Of a stretch of 64,000 nt of DNA, positions 1 to 9,675 are shown in pieces. The notes under the pieces are model-generated. The model had not been told where the DNA came from, ran no database searches, and saw only the letters and a list, made by a program, of their open reading frames with translations. The translations under genes and the position numbers were made by a program. The stretch is from NCBI GenBank assembly GCA_964427585.1, contig CAYRVC010000002.1:41513-105512 (forward strand), given 5' to 3'. This DNA comes from an uncultured Candidatus Saccharibacteria bacterium. GTDB taxonomy: Bacteria > Patescibacteriota > Minisyncoccia > Minisyncoccales > Staskawiczbacteraceae. The first letter of the stretch is position 1. Every line of letters starts with the position of its first letter.

Positions 1-285
1 CCGGTTTTCATAAAAAAGAAAATATTTGAAATTTCAGAAACCGCCAAAAAGAAAAAAGAACAGCGGGAAATGATAAAAAAAGAAGGGCCCGGCCAGATTT
101 TCCTGGCTGGCCAAAAAGGAATGCTGGTAATAAAAGCCAAGTGTTGCAACCCGGAGCCCGGAGATAAAGTAAGGGCATATGTCACGAAATACCGCTCGGC
201 TGTCCTGCACAGAATATCCTGCGAAAATTTCCAAAAACTGGCGAAAAAATCTCCGAACAGGGTAATCAACGCTTCTTGGGGATGA
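1..285 (+). CDS. RelA/SpoT homolog, C-terminal part (5' truncated by window edge)
   Basis: Frame 1 is open from base 1; AKCCNPEPGD..AYVT..LHRISC..W matches the Rel zinc-finger (RIS/ZFD) domain. Confidence 0.75.
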   Translation, partial: PVFIKKKIFEISETAKKKKEQREMIKKEGPGQIFLAGQKGMLVIKAKCCNPEPGDKVRAYVTKYRSAVLHRISCENFQKLAKKSPNRVINASWG

Positions 286-1367
286 AAAAAACAACTTTTA
301 AAATCGCTGTCATTGCTCCGCCTTTTGCAGTCATTCCTCCTGAAGGCCACGGCGGAACGGAAAGAATCGCCTATGAAATGGCGGAAGGTTTTAAAAAAAA
401 AGGGCATAAGGTAACGCTTTTTGGCGCAGGCTCCTCTAAAACCTCTGTAAAATTCATCAGGCTTTTAAAAAAAACTATATGGGAAAGGAAAAACGATGCC
501 TCCCTTGCCGAATCTTTCCGGTGCTGGAGGATAGAAACCGTTTATCTCGCAATGGCATTTGAAGAAATAATAAAAAAGGAGAACAACTTTGACATTATTT
601 TCAACCACTCAAAAAATAATTATATTTTTTTGCCCCTTGTAAAATTTATCAAAACTCCCATTGTGAATATTCTTCATCTGCCTCTTTTCAAAGAAGCTGA
701 AGAGCTGTACTCCCGCTTTAAAAATTCCAACGTCATTACTGTTTCCGACGGCCAAAGAAAAGGGTTTTCCAAAATTGATTATCTGGGCACCGTTTACAAC
801 GGCGTAGATGTTGAAAAATTCCAATTTTCAGCAAAACCAAAAAATTATTTTTTGTTTCTGGGGGCGATGGGCGGCCACAAAAATCCGAAAGACGCAATTT
901 TGGCGGCGAAAAAAGCCGGCGTCAGGCTGATTTTAGCCGGCGGTAAAAAAAGAGAACCGTATTTTTCAAAGGAAATAAAGCCGCTGATTGACGGGAAAAA
1001 AATAAAATATGTCGGAGAAATTATTCAAGAGAAAGAAAAAATTAATCTTTTGAAAAACGCCAAAGCCCTTCTTTTTCCGATAAAATGGCCAGAACCCTTC
1101 GGGCTGGCGGCAATCGAGGCAATGGCATGCGGAACGCCGGTAATCGCCTATCCTAACGGCGCGTTGCCAGAAATCATTGAAAATAAAAAAAACGGATTCA
1201 TCGTGAAAAATGTTTTTGAAATGGCAGGAGCGATAAAAAAAATCAGCGAAATCGACAGGAAAAAATGCAGGGAAACGGTTGAAAAAAAATTTTCAGCTGA
1301 AAAAATGGTTAACGAATATGAAAAAATCGCCTTCAAGACGATTGAAAAATATAAAAAAGCGGGGTAA
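276..1367 (+). CDS. Glycosyltransferase family 4
   Basis: PPxGHGGTER N-terminal motif; EPFGLAAIEAMACGTPVIA GT4 motif. Confidence 0.92.
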   Translation: MGMKKTTFKIAVIAPPFAVIPPEGHGGTERIAYEMAEGFKKKGHKVTLFGAGSSKTSVKFIRLLKKTIWERKNDASLAESFRCWRIETVYLAMAFEEIIKKENNFDIIFNHSKNNYIFLPLVKFIKTPIVNILHLPLFKEAEELYSRFKNSNVITVSDGQRKGFSKIDYLGTVYNGVDVEKFQFSAKPKNYFLFLGAMGGHKNPKDAILAAKKAGVRLILAGGKKREPYFSKEIKPLIDGKKIKYVGEIIQEKEKINLLKNAKALLFPIKWPEPFGLAAIEAMACGTPVIAYPNGALPEIIENKKNGFIVKNVFEMAGAIKKISEIDRKKCRETVEKKFSAEKMVNEYEKIAFKTIEKYKKAG

Positions 1368-1380
1368 AATAAAAAATTAA

Positions 1381-1464
1381 GCCGGGGTGATGAAATTGGC
1401 AAACATGCAGCACTCAAAATGCTGTGAGCGAAAGCTCTTGAGGGTTCAACTCCCTCCCTCGGCA
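1381..1464 (+). tRNA. tRNA-Leu(CAA)
   Basis: Acceptor stem GCCGGGG/CCTCGGC, anticodon arm CAGCA-CTCAAAA-TGCTG, long variable arm, GGTTCAACTCC T-arm; complete CCA not encoded. Confidence 0.95.
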
Positions 1465-1467
1465 CAG

Positions 1468-1495
1468 AAAAAAACAGGCATAAAGCCTGTTTTTG
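1468..1495. terminator. Bidirectional intrinsic terminator between tRNA-Leu and uppP
   Basis: AAAAACAGGC-ATAAA-GCCTGTTTTT hairpin with A/T tails. Confidence 0.7.
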
Positions 1496-1510
1496 TTTAC
1501 ATTTGATTTA

Positions 1511-2284
1511 TTAAAGGCTCATTAAAATAATTATAGACAAGACAAGGCAGTAAAAAGAAAAATAGTGGAACTTGCCTTTAATAGTGATGACTTCCAGCAA
1601 TTTAAGCGACAGAAAGCCGGATATCAAAGCGGCTGCGAATCCTAAAAAATTCTGGATTAAATTATTCCGCAGGGAATTAATATCCACATAAGCCAATTGC
1701 AAAACCATCGCCCCCAGAATGACGGGAACAGCCATTAAAAAAGAAAACTTAAAAGCGCTGGTTCTATCAAGCCCCCTGAAAAATCCTGCGGATATGGTGC
1801 CACCAGACCTTGATACTCCGGGCAAAATAGCCAATGCCTGGAATATGCCTATCAACAACGAGTCAAGCCAGCTTAGTTTTTCCAAGTTTTTTTTCCCATT
1901 TTCAAAAAACTTTGTGAGGAATAAAATTAAAGCTGTTATCAAAAAAGAAACCGCCAAAAGCGAAAGCGAATTAAAAATCTCGTCTATTTCATCTTTCATT
2001 GAAAATCCCACAACAACCGCCGGAATGGTCGCCAATAAAATCAGCAAAACCAGCCTTTGGTTTTCTTTTTTATTCAAACCTTTCAGAACTGACCATATTT
2101 CTTTTCTCAAATAAAAAATAACCGCCAAGATAGTGGCGAAATGTATCAAAGTGTCGAAAAAAATAGGGGGCTCTTTTATGCCAAACATTTTCTGCAATAA
2201 AACAAGGTGGCCGGAGCTTGATATCGGCAAAAATTCCGTTATACCCTGAACGATTCCCAAAATTATAGATTGAAAAATATCCAT
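1511..2284 (-). CDS. uppP: Undecaprenyl-diphosphate phosphatase
   Basis: GIVQGITEFLPISSSGHL and PGVSRSG motifs; multi-TM. Confidence 0.95.
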   Translation of the reverse strand: MDIFQSIILGIVQGITEFLPISSSGHLVLLQKMFGIKEPPIFFDTLIHFATILAVIFYLRKEIWSVLKGLNKKENQRLVLLILLATIPAVVVGFSMKDEIDEIFNSLSLLAVSFLITALILFLTKFFENGKKNLEKLSWLDSLLIGIFQALAILPGVSRSGGTISAGFFRGLDRTSAFKFSFLMAVPVILGAMVLQLAYVDINSLRNNLIQNFLGFAAALISGFLSLKLLEVITIKGKFHYFSFYCLVLSIIILMSL

Positions 2285-2757
2285 ATTAATAAATTAGATA
2301 AAATGCCAGCCCCGGCCCCGGCCAAAATATCCGATGGCCAATGAACGCCGGCAAAAATCCGGGCGAAAGAGATTAACGAGCTTAAAAAAATAAATATGAT
2401 TCCCAGGCTAAAATTATACGGCAGGACAGCGAAAGAAATACTAAAGAAGAAAGAAGCGTGACCCGAAGGAAAAGCAGGGTGTTTTGGAGTTTTTATCAGG
2501 GTTTTGGCGTTGACGACTTCGGGCGGCCTTTTCCTTTTATAAAAAAAATAAATAATTTCGTTTATCAAGAATCTGGAAATAATTCCCGCCAAAACCGCGA
2601 AAAGAAACAGCTGTGGCCTTTTGTCAAAATAAGAGACCAAAAACAACATCAAAACCAAAACATATCCCAAATGCCTGGCAAAAAAAACCCCGAGGCAATC
2701 CAGCCACCGCCTTTTTCCGGCAAAACCGTTTATTGAATGAAATAAAAATAAATCCAT
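2263..2757 (-). CDS. PAP2-family phosphatase (BcrC-like)
   Basis: R.RP, FPSGH and RIFAGVHWPSD motifs. Confidence 0.9.
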   Translation of the reverse strand: MDLFLFHSINGFAGKRRWLDCLGVFFARHLGYVLVLMLFLVSYFDKRPQLFLFAVLAGIISRFLINEIIYFFYKRKRPPEVVNAKTLIKTPKHPAFPSGHASFFFSISFAVLPYNFSLGIIFIFLSSLISFARIFAGVHWPSDILAGAGAGILSNLLIWIFFNL

Positions 2758-2759
2758 AA

Positions 2760-3338
2760 TTATCTTAAAATTTTTTCCTTTCTTCCCGTTAAATCAATCA
2801 CCTTTGACGGTTTGGATTTTTTCAAATCTCCTCCGTCAATTACCAGGTCTGGCTTATTTTTTTGTTTACTGAAAACCGCAATAATTTCTCTCACGTCTTT
2901 TAACTCCGGTTTACCTGAAATGTTGGCGGACGTTTGCGCCAATGGCTTGTTTATTTTTTTTAATAAATCATTTAAAAATTTATATTTCGGAATTCTTATC
3001 CCAATCGTTTTCTTGCCAACTCCATAAAGTTTCTTGTGAGCCCCGAGCTCACAAGAAAGGATAAAAGTGAACTTGCCTGGCCAATGTTTTTTTAAAATTC
3101 TTTCCTGCTGTTCGCTAATTTCCGCCAATTTTTTTGCCATTTTAAAATCCTTAACAAAAACAGCCAATGGTTTTGTTTTTGGCCGCCTCTTTATTTTGAA
3201 TATCTTGCCAACCGCTTTTTTGCTATAAATATCGCATAACAAGCCGTAAACAGTATCGGTCGGGCAAATTATCACTCCCCCTTTTTTTATAATTTCAAGC
3301 CCCTTTTCCAGCGCTTTTTTTTGTTTTATAACCTCCAT
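2760..3338 (-). CDS. tsaC: L-threonylcarbamoyladenylate synthase (Sua5/YrdC)
   Basis: PTDTVYGL, K.R...KPL and TSANISG motifs. Confidence 0.93.
   Translation of the reverse strand: MEVIKQKKALEKGLEIIKKGGVIICPTDTVYGLLCDIYSKKAVGKIFKIKRRPKTKPLAVFVKDFKMAKKLAEISEQQERILKKHWPGKFTFILSCELGAHKKLYGVGKKTIGIRIPKYKFLNDLLKKINKPLAQTSANISGKPELKDVREIIAVFSKQKNKPDLVIDGGDLKKSKPSKVIDLTGRKEKILR
3030..3058. repeat. REP-like palindrome (core GAGCCCCGAGCTC) inside tsaC
   Basis: 12-bp stem TTTCTTGTGAGC/GCTCACAAGAAA with CCCGA loop; same core flanks the RAYT gene. Confidence 0.75.
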
Positions 3339-4071
3339 TTTTCAAAAAATTGGAAAACTTAACAATATCCCCGGGGTTGCCAAAATCAATCCACGAATCC
3401 TTTATCTTTTTGATTTTAACTTTTTTTTCTTTTGCCAGAAGGGAAACGGCGTCGGTAATTTCATACTCCCCCCTGGGGGATCTTTTGATTTTTGAAATTT
3501 TATCAAAAATGTCAGGGGTGAACTTGTACAAGCCGGCATTAATAAGGTTTCCCACAAATTCTTCAGGCTTTTCTATTATTTCTCTTAAAAATCCGTTGTC
3601 GGTTATCAACACTCCGTATTTTTCCGGATGTTCGTTTAAAAGGCCGGCGGCGTAATTATACCTGTCGTCAATATTCATTGCCTTCAGATCCCTTACCGAA
3701 TAAAGGTTGTCTCCGTAAAGGTATATGAAGTTCGATTTTCCGATTGTTTTTTTTACGCATTTTACCGGGCAGGCGGTTCCGTATTCTTTTTCCTTTGGCC
3801 CTAAAATTTCATACTGGCTGACAAGCTCTATTTTGCATCTCTTGCCTTTCAAGCATTTTTTATAATATCCATCCACAAATTTTTTCATCAACTCTTCTTT
3901 GTATCCCACCACCAAAACAATTTCTTTATAACCGGCTGACAAAAGATTGTCTAAAATATACGCCAAAAAGGGCCGTTCCTTAACGTTTATCAATGACTTC
4001 GGTTTGTTTGCCGTTAAATGAAGCATGCGGGTTCCCTGGCCCGCCGCCGCTACAACCGCTTTAGTTATCAT
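3295..4071 (-). CDS. Sugar-phosphate nucleotidyltransferase
   Basis: AAGQGTRM..LT..KPK, IIEKP and SPRGEYEITDA motifs. Confidence 0.9.
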   Translation of the reverse strand: MITKAVVAAAGQGTRMLHLTANKPKSLINVKERPFLAYILDNLLSAGYKEIVLVVGYKEELMKKFVDGYYKKCLKGKRCKIELVSQYEILGPKEKEYGTACPVKCVKKTIGKSNFIYLYGDNLYSVRDLKAMNIDDRYNYAAGLLNEHPEKYGVLITDNGFLREIIEKPEEFVGNLINAGLYKFTPDIFDKISKIKRSPRGEYEITDAVSLLAKEKKVKIKKIKDSWIDFGNPGDIVKFSNFLKNGGYKTKKSAGKGA

Positions 4072-4643
4072 AGCAAAGCCAATTCAAAAGCTCTTTTGTT
4101 CATCTCCAGGTATTTTGAAGGAATTATATTTTCAATAGCCTTTCTTACAGATTCGGCTTTCAGCTTGATAATGCCTTTTTTGACGCAGAATCCCAAAATA
4201 TACATAGAGCTCACTACTTCATTGTTAAGTTCTTTTTTGCATATATCCGAGGCTCTCACCCAATAAATATTTTTTCCGATCGAATTATTCAAGCTTTCCG
4301 ACACATAATCTTTGGAAATGCTTTTATCAAAAAAGATAAAATTTTCGTTGACCGCAAAAATAGTTTCAGGATTTTTAAAAACAATCGCCCTCAAGGCTTC
4401 GGTCATTTCCAAAGATAAAACCAGGTCCGCTTTTTTAAAGGAAAACAAAGGGCTGGCCACTTTTTTTCCGAATCTGATATAAGCCTCAACCGCTCCGCCT
4501 CTTTGGGAAAGCCCGTGAAGCTCCGATGATTTTAAGTCGTATCCTTCAACCAAGGCAGCTTCGTTTATTATGGAAATAAGGGTGATAATGCCCTGCCCGC
4601 CGACTCCGGTTATAACAATGTTAAAATTTTTATTATTATTCAT
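4068..4643 (-). CDS. iorB: Indolepyruvate:ferredoxin oxidoreductase beta subunit
   Basis: GVGGQGII and SELHGLSQRGG motifs; adjacent to alpha subunit. Confidence 0.88.
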   Translation of the reverse strand: MNNNKNFNIVITGVGGQGIITLISIINEAALVEGYDLKSSELHGLSQRGGAVEAYIRFGKKVASPLFSFKKADLVLSLEMTEALRAIVFKNPETIFAVNENFIFFDKSISKDYVSESLNNSIGKNIYWVRASDICKKELNNEVVSSMYILGFCVKKGIIKLKAESVRKAIENIIPSKYLEMNKRAFELALL

Positions 4644-6315
4644 TTTGTTTTTTTTGTCTTCTTGCTAATAACGCGCAAATTCTTCGGCAAATTATCACTG
4701 AAACTTCCTCTTTTTCTAAAAATTCCCTTATTGAGCCCTCCAGCTCTTTTGTGTTTATGGGGTCTAAAACTTTAATATTCTTCACTCCGCAGGATTTGGC
4801 TATTTCTTCAATTTTTATTTCTTCAACGTCATCTCCCATAACCGTTTTTCCCATTCCGGGATTCTGCTGATGGCCGGTCATGGCGGTAATCCTGTTGTCT
4901 AAAATAATTATCAGAGGATTTGATTTGTTGTAAACCGCATTTATAAGACCCGGAATTCCGGCATGGAAAAATGTTCCGTCTCCTATTATGGAAATAACTT
5001 TTTGCTTGCTTTCAGAATTTTTGGCAAAAGAAGGGCTTACTGCTTTTGAAATTCCGTGCGATATGCCCATGGAGGCTCCCATTGAAAACAGATAATCCTG
5101 TATATTATGCGGGGAAAAGCCGGCTATCATGTTGCACCCGATATCGCCGCCGAAAACCGTGCCTTCAGGGGCGATTCTTTTTACAACCGGAAACACATGC
5201 CAATAAGGGCATCCGTCGCATAACCTCGCCGTCCTCTTGGGTATTTTAAATTTTATATCCGGCGTTTTTTGATTATTTTTAATCTTTATTTTTTTGATTT
5301 TTACGATAGCGGAAATAATCTTATCCGGATTAAGCTCTCCTATTCCTGAAAGAATATCTCTTCCGAAAACCTGGATTTTCGGATTTGCTTCCTTGGCTAT
5401 TATTTTTATTTCCTTTTCAAGATAAGGGTCCACTTCCTCGGCGATTAAAACCTGCTTTAAATTTTTAATGAACCCTGCGATTTTTTTGACTGGCAAAGGA
5501 TGGAAAAAACCCAGTTTTAAAACAGGTATGTTAAGCCCCAGCTCTTCAATCGCTTCAATGGTATGTAAAAAACCTACTCCTGAAGCAATAATTCCCAATT
5601 TTCCGGAGGTCGGGTTTTCCGTAATTCTATTTGCTTTTGAATTTTCGGAAAAAACGCGCAATTTTTCTATTTTTTCCAGAAGCTCCTTTTTCATTTCCAA
5701 AACCCTGGGGGGCATGGTAGCAAAGCGTTTATAATCTTTTATGAAAATGCCTTTTTCTTTTTGGTTTTCGGTTTTTACATTTTTATTTATTTTTACCGGC
5801 ATCCTTTGATGCGCCACTCTTGTGGTTATCCTTAAAATCACGGGCAGCTGGAACTTTTCTGAAATTTCAAAACCCAATTTGGTAAAACCATAACACTCTT
5901 CAGGGTCAGAGGGTTCCAATATGGGCAATCCGAATAAATAGCCGTATCCTCTTGAATCCTGCTCCGATTGCGCGGAACTCCAACAGGAGGGGTCGTCAGC
6001 CACCACAATAACCATGGGGGCTTTTGTGCCGGTATATGCTAAAGGAAAAAGGCTGTCAGAGCAGACATTCAGGCCGAAACTCTTCATATTCACCAGCGAT
6101 TTCAATCCTGAAAAACTGGCGCCGATGGCGGACTCTAAAGCCACCTTTTCATTTGTTGACCATTCCGCATATATGCCATGCTCCCTGGCTATTTTTCCGA
6201 ATTCGTCCCCTATTTCGGCAGACGGACAGCCGGGATACCCTGAAACAAAATCAACGCCTGCCTCCAGGGCTCCTCTCACTATTGCTTCATCTCCCAATAA
6301 TATTTCTTTTTCCAT
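4636..6315 (-). CDS. iorA: Indolepyruvate:ferredoxin oxidoreductase alpha subunit (no C-terminal ferredoxin domain)
   Basis: LLGDEAIVRGA, GYPG.PS.EI, NEKVALE, GDIGC, GDGTFFHAG and AMTGHQ motifs. Confidence 0.9.
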   Translation of the reverse strand: MEKEILLGDEAIVRGALEAGVDFVSGYPGCPSAEIGDEFGKIAREHGIYAEWSTNEKVALESAIGASFSGLKSLVNMKSFGLNVCSDSLFPLAYTGTKAPMVIVVADDPSCWSSAQSEQDSRGYGYLFGLPILEPSDPEECYGFTKLGFEISEKFQLPVILRITTRVAHQRMPVKINKNVKTENQKEKGIFIKDYKRFATMPPRVLEMKKELLEKIEKLRVFSENSKANRITENPTSGKLGIIASGVGFLHTIEAIEELGLNIPVLKLGFFHPLPVKKIAGFIKNLKQVLIAEEVDPYLEKEIKIIAKEANPKIQVFGRDILSGIGELNPDKIISAIVKIKKIKIKNNQKTPDIKFKIPKRTARLCDGCPYWHVFPVVKRIAPEGTVFGGDIGCNMIAGFSPHNIQDYLFSMGASMGISHGISKAVSPSFAKNSESKQKVISIIGDGTFFHAGIPGLINAVYNKSNPLIIILDNRITAMTGHQQNPGMGKTVMGDDVEEIKIEEIAKSCGVKNIKVLDPINTKELEGSIREFLEKEEVSVIICRRICALLARRQKKQNE

Positions 6316-6471
6316 ATAAATCATTTTATCAATAAAAAAATAAAAAGAAAAGCCCCTATCGGCAATCTAATAAATAAAGCCCGCTTTGCAATCAAAAACG
6401 GACTTTTTGTTTTTTTTAAACGGCGATAATTTTTTTTCGCAACAGTTTTTTAATCTCCTGCGCAAACTATG

Positions 6472-8985
6472 TCAAATTTTCAAAACGAAATTTATCAGTT
6501 TTTTAGGGATGAATACAATTTTTATGACTTCCTTTCCCTCCAGCCACTGTTTCACTTTTTCGCTTTCCGCCGTTATTTTTTCCGCCTGTTTTTGTGTTAT
6601 ATTCGCGTCAACTTCCATTTTATCCCTCACCCTGCCGTTAACCTGCACTATCAATAAAATATTTTTTTCTTCAACGAGCCGGTTATCGTGCTTTGGCCAT
6701 TTTTGATTGCAAACAAGCCCTAAAAATCCTTTTTCAACCCACACCTCCTCCGCCAAATGAGGGGCGAAAGGAGACAAAATTGTCAAAAAAATCCTCAAAT
6801 CTTCTTTATCCAAACAACCGCCGGAAACATTCCAGGCGTTCGCAAACTCCATCATGGAACTCACGGCAGTGTTAAATTTCATCGCCTCGATGTCTTCTGA
6901 AACTTTTTTAATAGTTTTGTGTAGCTGTTTTTTAAGCTCTTTTTTTGGTTTGCTTTTTTCAGAATCTGCTTTTTTTGCCAGCTTGTATATTTTTTCAAGA
7001 AATCTTCTTACCCCTATCACCCCTTTTGTGTCCCAGGGAATCATCTGGTCAAAAGGTCCCACGAACATTTCGTAAACCCTTAAAGTATCTGCTCCGTATT
7101 CTTTCACGACCCTATCCGGATTTATCACGTTCCCTTTGGATTTTGACATTTTAATCCCTCCTTCGCCCAGTATCATTCCGTGGGAAGTTCTTTTTAGATA
7201 GGGTTCAGGCTCCATATCTTTGGGAACAGCGCCGATATCCCACAAAAATTTGAATATGAAACGCGAATACAGCAAATGCAAAGTGGTGTGCTCCATTCCT
7301 CCGTTATACCAGTCAACCGGCATCCAATATTCCAGCAGTTTTTTTGCGGCCGGTTCTTTATTGTTTTTAGGGTCTGAATACCTCAAATAATACCAGTTAG
7401 ACCCTGCCCAGTTTGGCATTGTATCTGTTTCTCTCCGACCAACTCCTCCGCATTTAGGGCATTTTACATTGACCCATTGCCTTATTTCGGCCAGTGGAGA
7501 TTCTCCGGTTTTGGTGGGTTTATAATTTTTTACTTTCGGCAACTCCAATGGCAATTTTTTTTCCGGCACGGCAACCCAGCCCGGATTCAGTAATTCGCCT
7601 TTTGTGAATTTTGGATTTTTAGCTTCTGTTTTCCTTTCTATTTTCTTCTTGCAATTTTCGCAAAAAACAAGAGGAATGGGTTCCCCCCAGTAATGCTGGC
7701 GGGAAAATATCCAATCCCTCAGCTTGTAATTTATTTTATTGTCAGCTGAGCCTTTTTCTTTCAGCCAGGATGTGATTTTCAAACGCGCCTCCGTGGAACT
7801 TAATCCGTCAAACTGCATGGAATTATAAAGAATGCCGTCGCCTTCAAAGCATATCTCCATATTTTTCACCCTGGGGGCGATATTTTTATCAATAGGCTCA
7901 ATGGAAGTCCTTAAGGGTATGGCGTATTTTTTGGCAAGCTCAAAATCCCTTTTGTCGTGGGCGTCGCCAAAAACAGCGCCCTTTCCGTAATGCGCCAGAA
8001 CAAAGTCGGTTATGAAAACGGGGATTTCTTCTCCAGTGGCGGGATTCTTTGCTTTTATCCCCTTAAGCTCTACGGCCGTAACCTGTTTTCCCTCGCTAGC
8101 CCTTTCTATGTCGGAAACATCTTTTATTTTATTCCTGTAATCCAAAACTTCTTCCATATTCTGGATTTTATTATTATGCCTGTCTATGAATTTATGCTCG
8201 GGAGCCAGCACCAAAAATGTCCCGGAAAATATGGTGTCTATCCTGGTGGTGAAAACCTCGATAAAATCTTCCATTCTTAAAACTTCAAATCTTACCAATG
8301 CCCCTGCAGACCTCCCTATCCATTCCTTCTGCTGAATTTTTATTTTTTCAAGATAATCAACCGAATCCAAATCTTTGATCAGCCTTTCCGCGTAATCGGT
8401 TATTTTTATCAGCCACTGTTCCTTTTCTTTTTTTTCAACCCTTGTTCCGCATCTTTCGCATTTGCCAGAGACCACTTCTTCGTTCGCCAAACCCGTCTTG
8501 CAGGAAGGGCACCAGTTAATGGGCATTTTTTCCTTGTAAGCCAAACCCTCTCTGAACAGCTGTAAAAATATCCACTGCGTCCATTTGTAATATTTTGGGT
8601 CGGTGGTGTTTACCTCTCGTGACCAGTCAAAAGAATAACCCAGGCTTTTTAACTGTCGCCGGAAATTATCGGTATTCTTTTTGGTGGCGACAGAGGGGTG
8701 GATTCCTTTTTTTATGGCGTAGTTTTCCGTGGGCAGGCCGAAAGCGTCCCAGCCCATGGGAAACAGAACATTAAAACCCTCCATCCTTCTTTTCCTGGCA
8801 ATAATATCCAGGGCCGTGTAGCTCCGGCAATGGCCTACGTGGAGGCCCTCCCCCGAAGGATAAGGAAATTCTGCCAGAAGGTAGAACTTCTTCTTGCCGG
8901 AACGGTTTTTCGCCTTAAAACAGCTGGAGCCATACCACTTTTCCTGCCACTTCTTCTCTATTTCCTGAGGATTATATTTTCGCAT
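6472..8985 (-). CDS. leuS: Leucine--tRNA ligase
   Basis: FPYPSGEGLHVGH, DWIFSRQHYWGEPIP, KMSKS. Confidence 0.97.
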   Translation of the reverse strand: MRKYNPQEIEKKWQEKWYGSSCFKAKNRSGKKKFYLLAEFPYPSGEGLHVGHCRSYTALDIIARKRRMEGFNVLFPMGWDAFGLPTENYAIKKGIHPSVATKKNTDNFRRQLKSLGYSFDWSREVNTTDPKYYKWTQWIFLQLFREGLAYKEKMPINWCPSCKTGLANEEVVSGKCERCGTRVEKKEKEQWLIKITDYAERLIKDLDSVDYLEKIKIQQKEWIGRSAGALVRFEVLRMEDFIEVFTTRIDTIFSGTFLVLAPEHKFIDRHNNKIQNMEEVLDYRNKIKDVSDIERASEGKQVTAVELKGIKAKNPATGEEIPVFITDFVLAHYGKGAVFGDAHDKRDFELAKKYAIPLRTSIEPIDKNIAPRVKNMEICFEGDGILYNSMQFDGLSSTEARLKITSWLKEKGSADNKINYKLRDWIFSRQHYWGEPIPLVFCENCKKKIERKTEAKNPKFTKGELLNPGWVAVPEKKLPLELPKVKNYKPTKTGESPLAEIRQWVNVKCPKCGGVGRRETDTMPNWAGSNWYYLRYSDPKNNKEPAAKKLLEYWMPVDWYNGGMEHTTLHLLYSRFIFKFLWDIGAVPKDMEPEPYLKRTSHGMILGEGGIKMSKSKGNVINPDRVVKEYGADTLRVYEMFVGPFDQMIPWDTKGVIGVRRFLEKIYKLAKKADSEKSKPKKELKKQLHKTIKKVSEDIEAMKFNTAVSSMMEFANAWNVSGGCLDKEDLRIFLTILSPFAPHLAEEVWVEKGFLGLVCNQKWPKHDNRLVEEKNILLIVQVNGRVRDKMEVDANITQKQAEKITAESEKVKQWLEGKEVIKIVFIPKKLINFVLKI

Positions 8986-9101
8986 AATTATTTATGATAT
9001 CAAATAACTTTAACTGGGTAAATCTTGACAGTAAAAAATTATTATGCTATATAAATAAATTGATGCCGCTCATTTACAAACTGCAAATAGGAGGTCTTTT
9101 T

Positions 9102-9377
9102 ATGAACAAAGTATGGTATACGATATGTTACAATACCAATACTCGTAGCTTTAATGTGAATATAGACACTGGTCTGCAATTAGTTCATTCAGATACGAAG
9201 CAAGAGGCGGAAAATTTAATGTCTTTGGTAACTTCACAATGGGAAAGTTTTTATATTTTTTCCCGCCTATATAGTCCTTTTGACAGCGTAGAAGACGCTC
9301 GCAAAGATTACTACAAAGAAATCGATCGTACCGCCAGCGCTTTCTGCCGCCCAGATGCTCATTTATGGAAGAGATAG
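9102..9377 (+). CDS. Hypothetical protein (91 aa)
   Basis: AGGAGG RBS before ATG 9102; TTGACA-17-TATATA promoter from 9025; hairpin plus T-tract downstream. Confidence 0.6.
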   Translation: MNKVWYTICYNTNTRSFNVNIDTGLQLVHSDTKQEAENLMSLVTSQWESFYIFSRLYSPFDSVEDARKDYYKEIDRTASAFCRPDAHLWKR

Positions 9378-9450
9378 AAAAACCGCCACACACCGTAAAA
9401 ACCAAAACCGCCTGACGAAAATTCGTCCAAAGCGGTCTTTTTTTTATAAA

Positions 9451-9502
9451 ATTTTAGTGTGGTCAAAATTCTACGATCGTGATAATTTGACCACACTAAA
9501 AT
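9451..9502. repeat. Perfect 17-bp inverted repeat
   Basis: ATTTTAGTGTGGTCAAA (9451-9467) / TTTGACCACACTAAAAT (9486-9502). Confidence 0.9.
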
Positions 9503-9534
9503 ACAAATGCCATTAACGTTATCATTACTATTAC

Positions 9535-9591
9535 CATACATACGCTATAAAAACATACATACACTATAAAAACATACATACGCTATAAAAA
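9535..9591. repeat. Three tandem 19-bp direct repeats
   Basis: CATACATACRCTATAAAAA x3, no spacers. Confidence 0.92.
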
Positions 9592-9675
9592 ATGCGGTCG
9601 CAGTTTTATCGCGTGTCGTATACTATATGTTATTATGTCTTAGAACTATGTCTTAAATTATTATGTCTTAAATAT

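Noticed and set aside
9535-9591. Possible CRISPR array
   Set aside because: Repeats are contiguous with no spacers, and there are no cas genes in the window.
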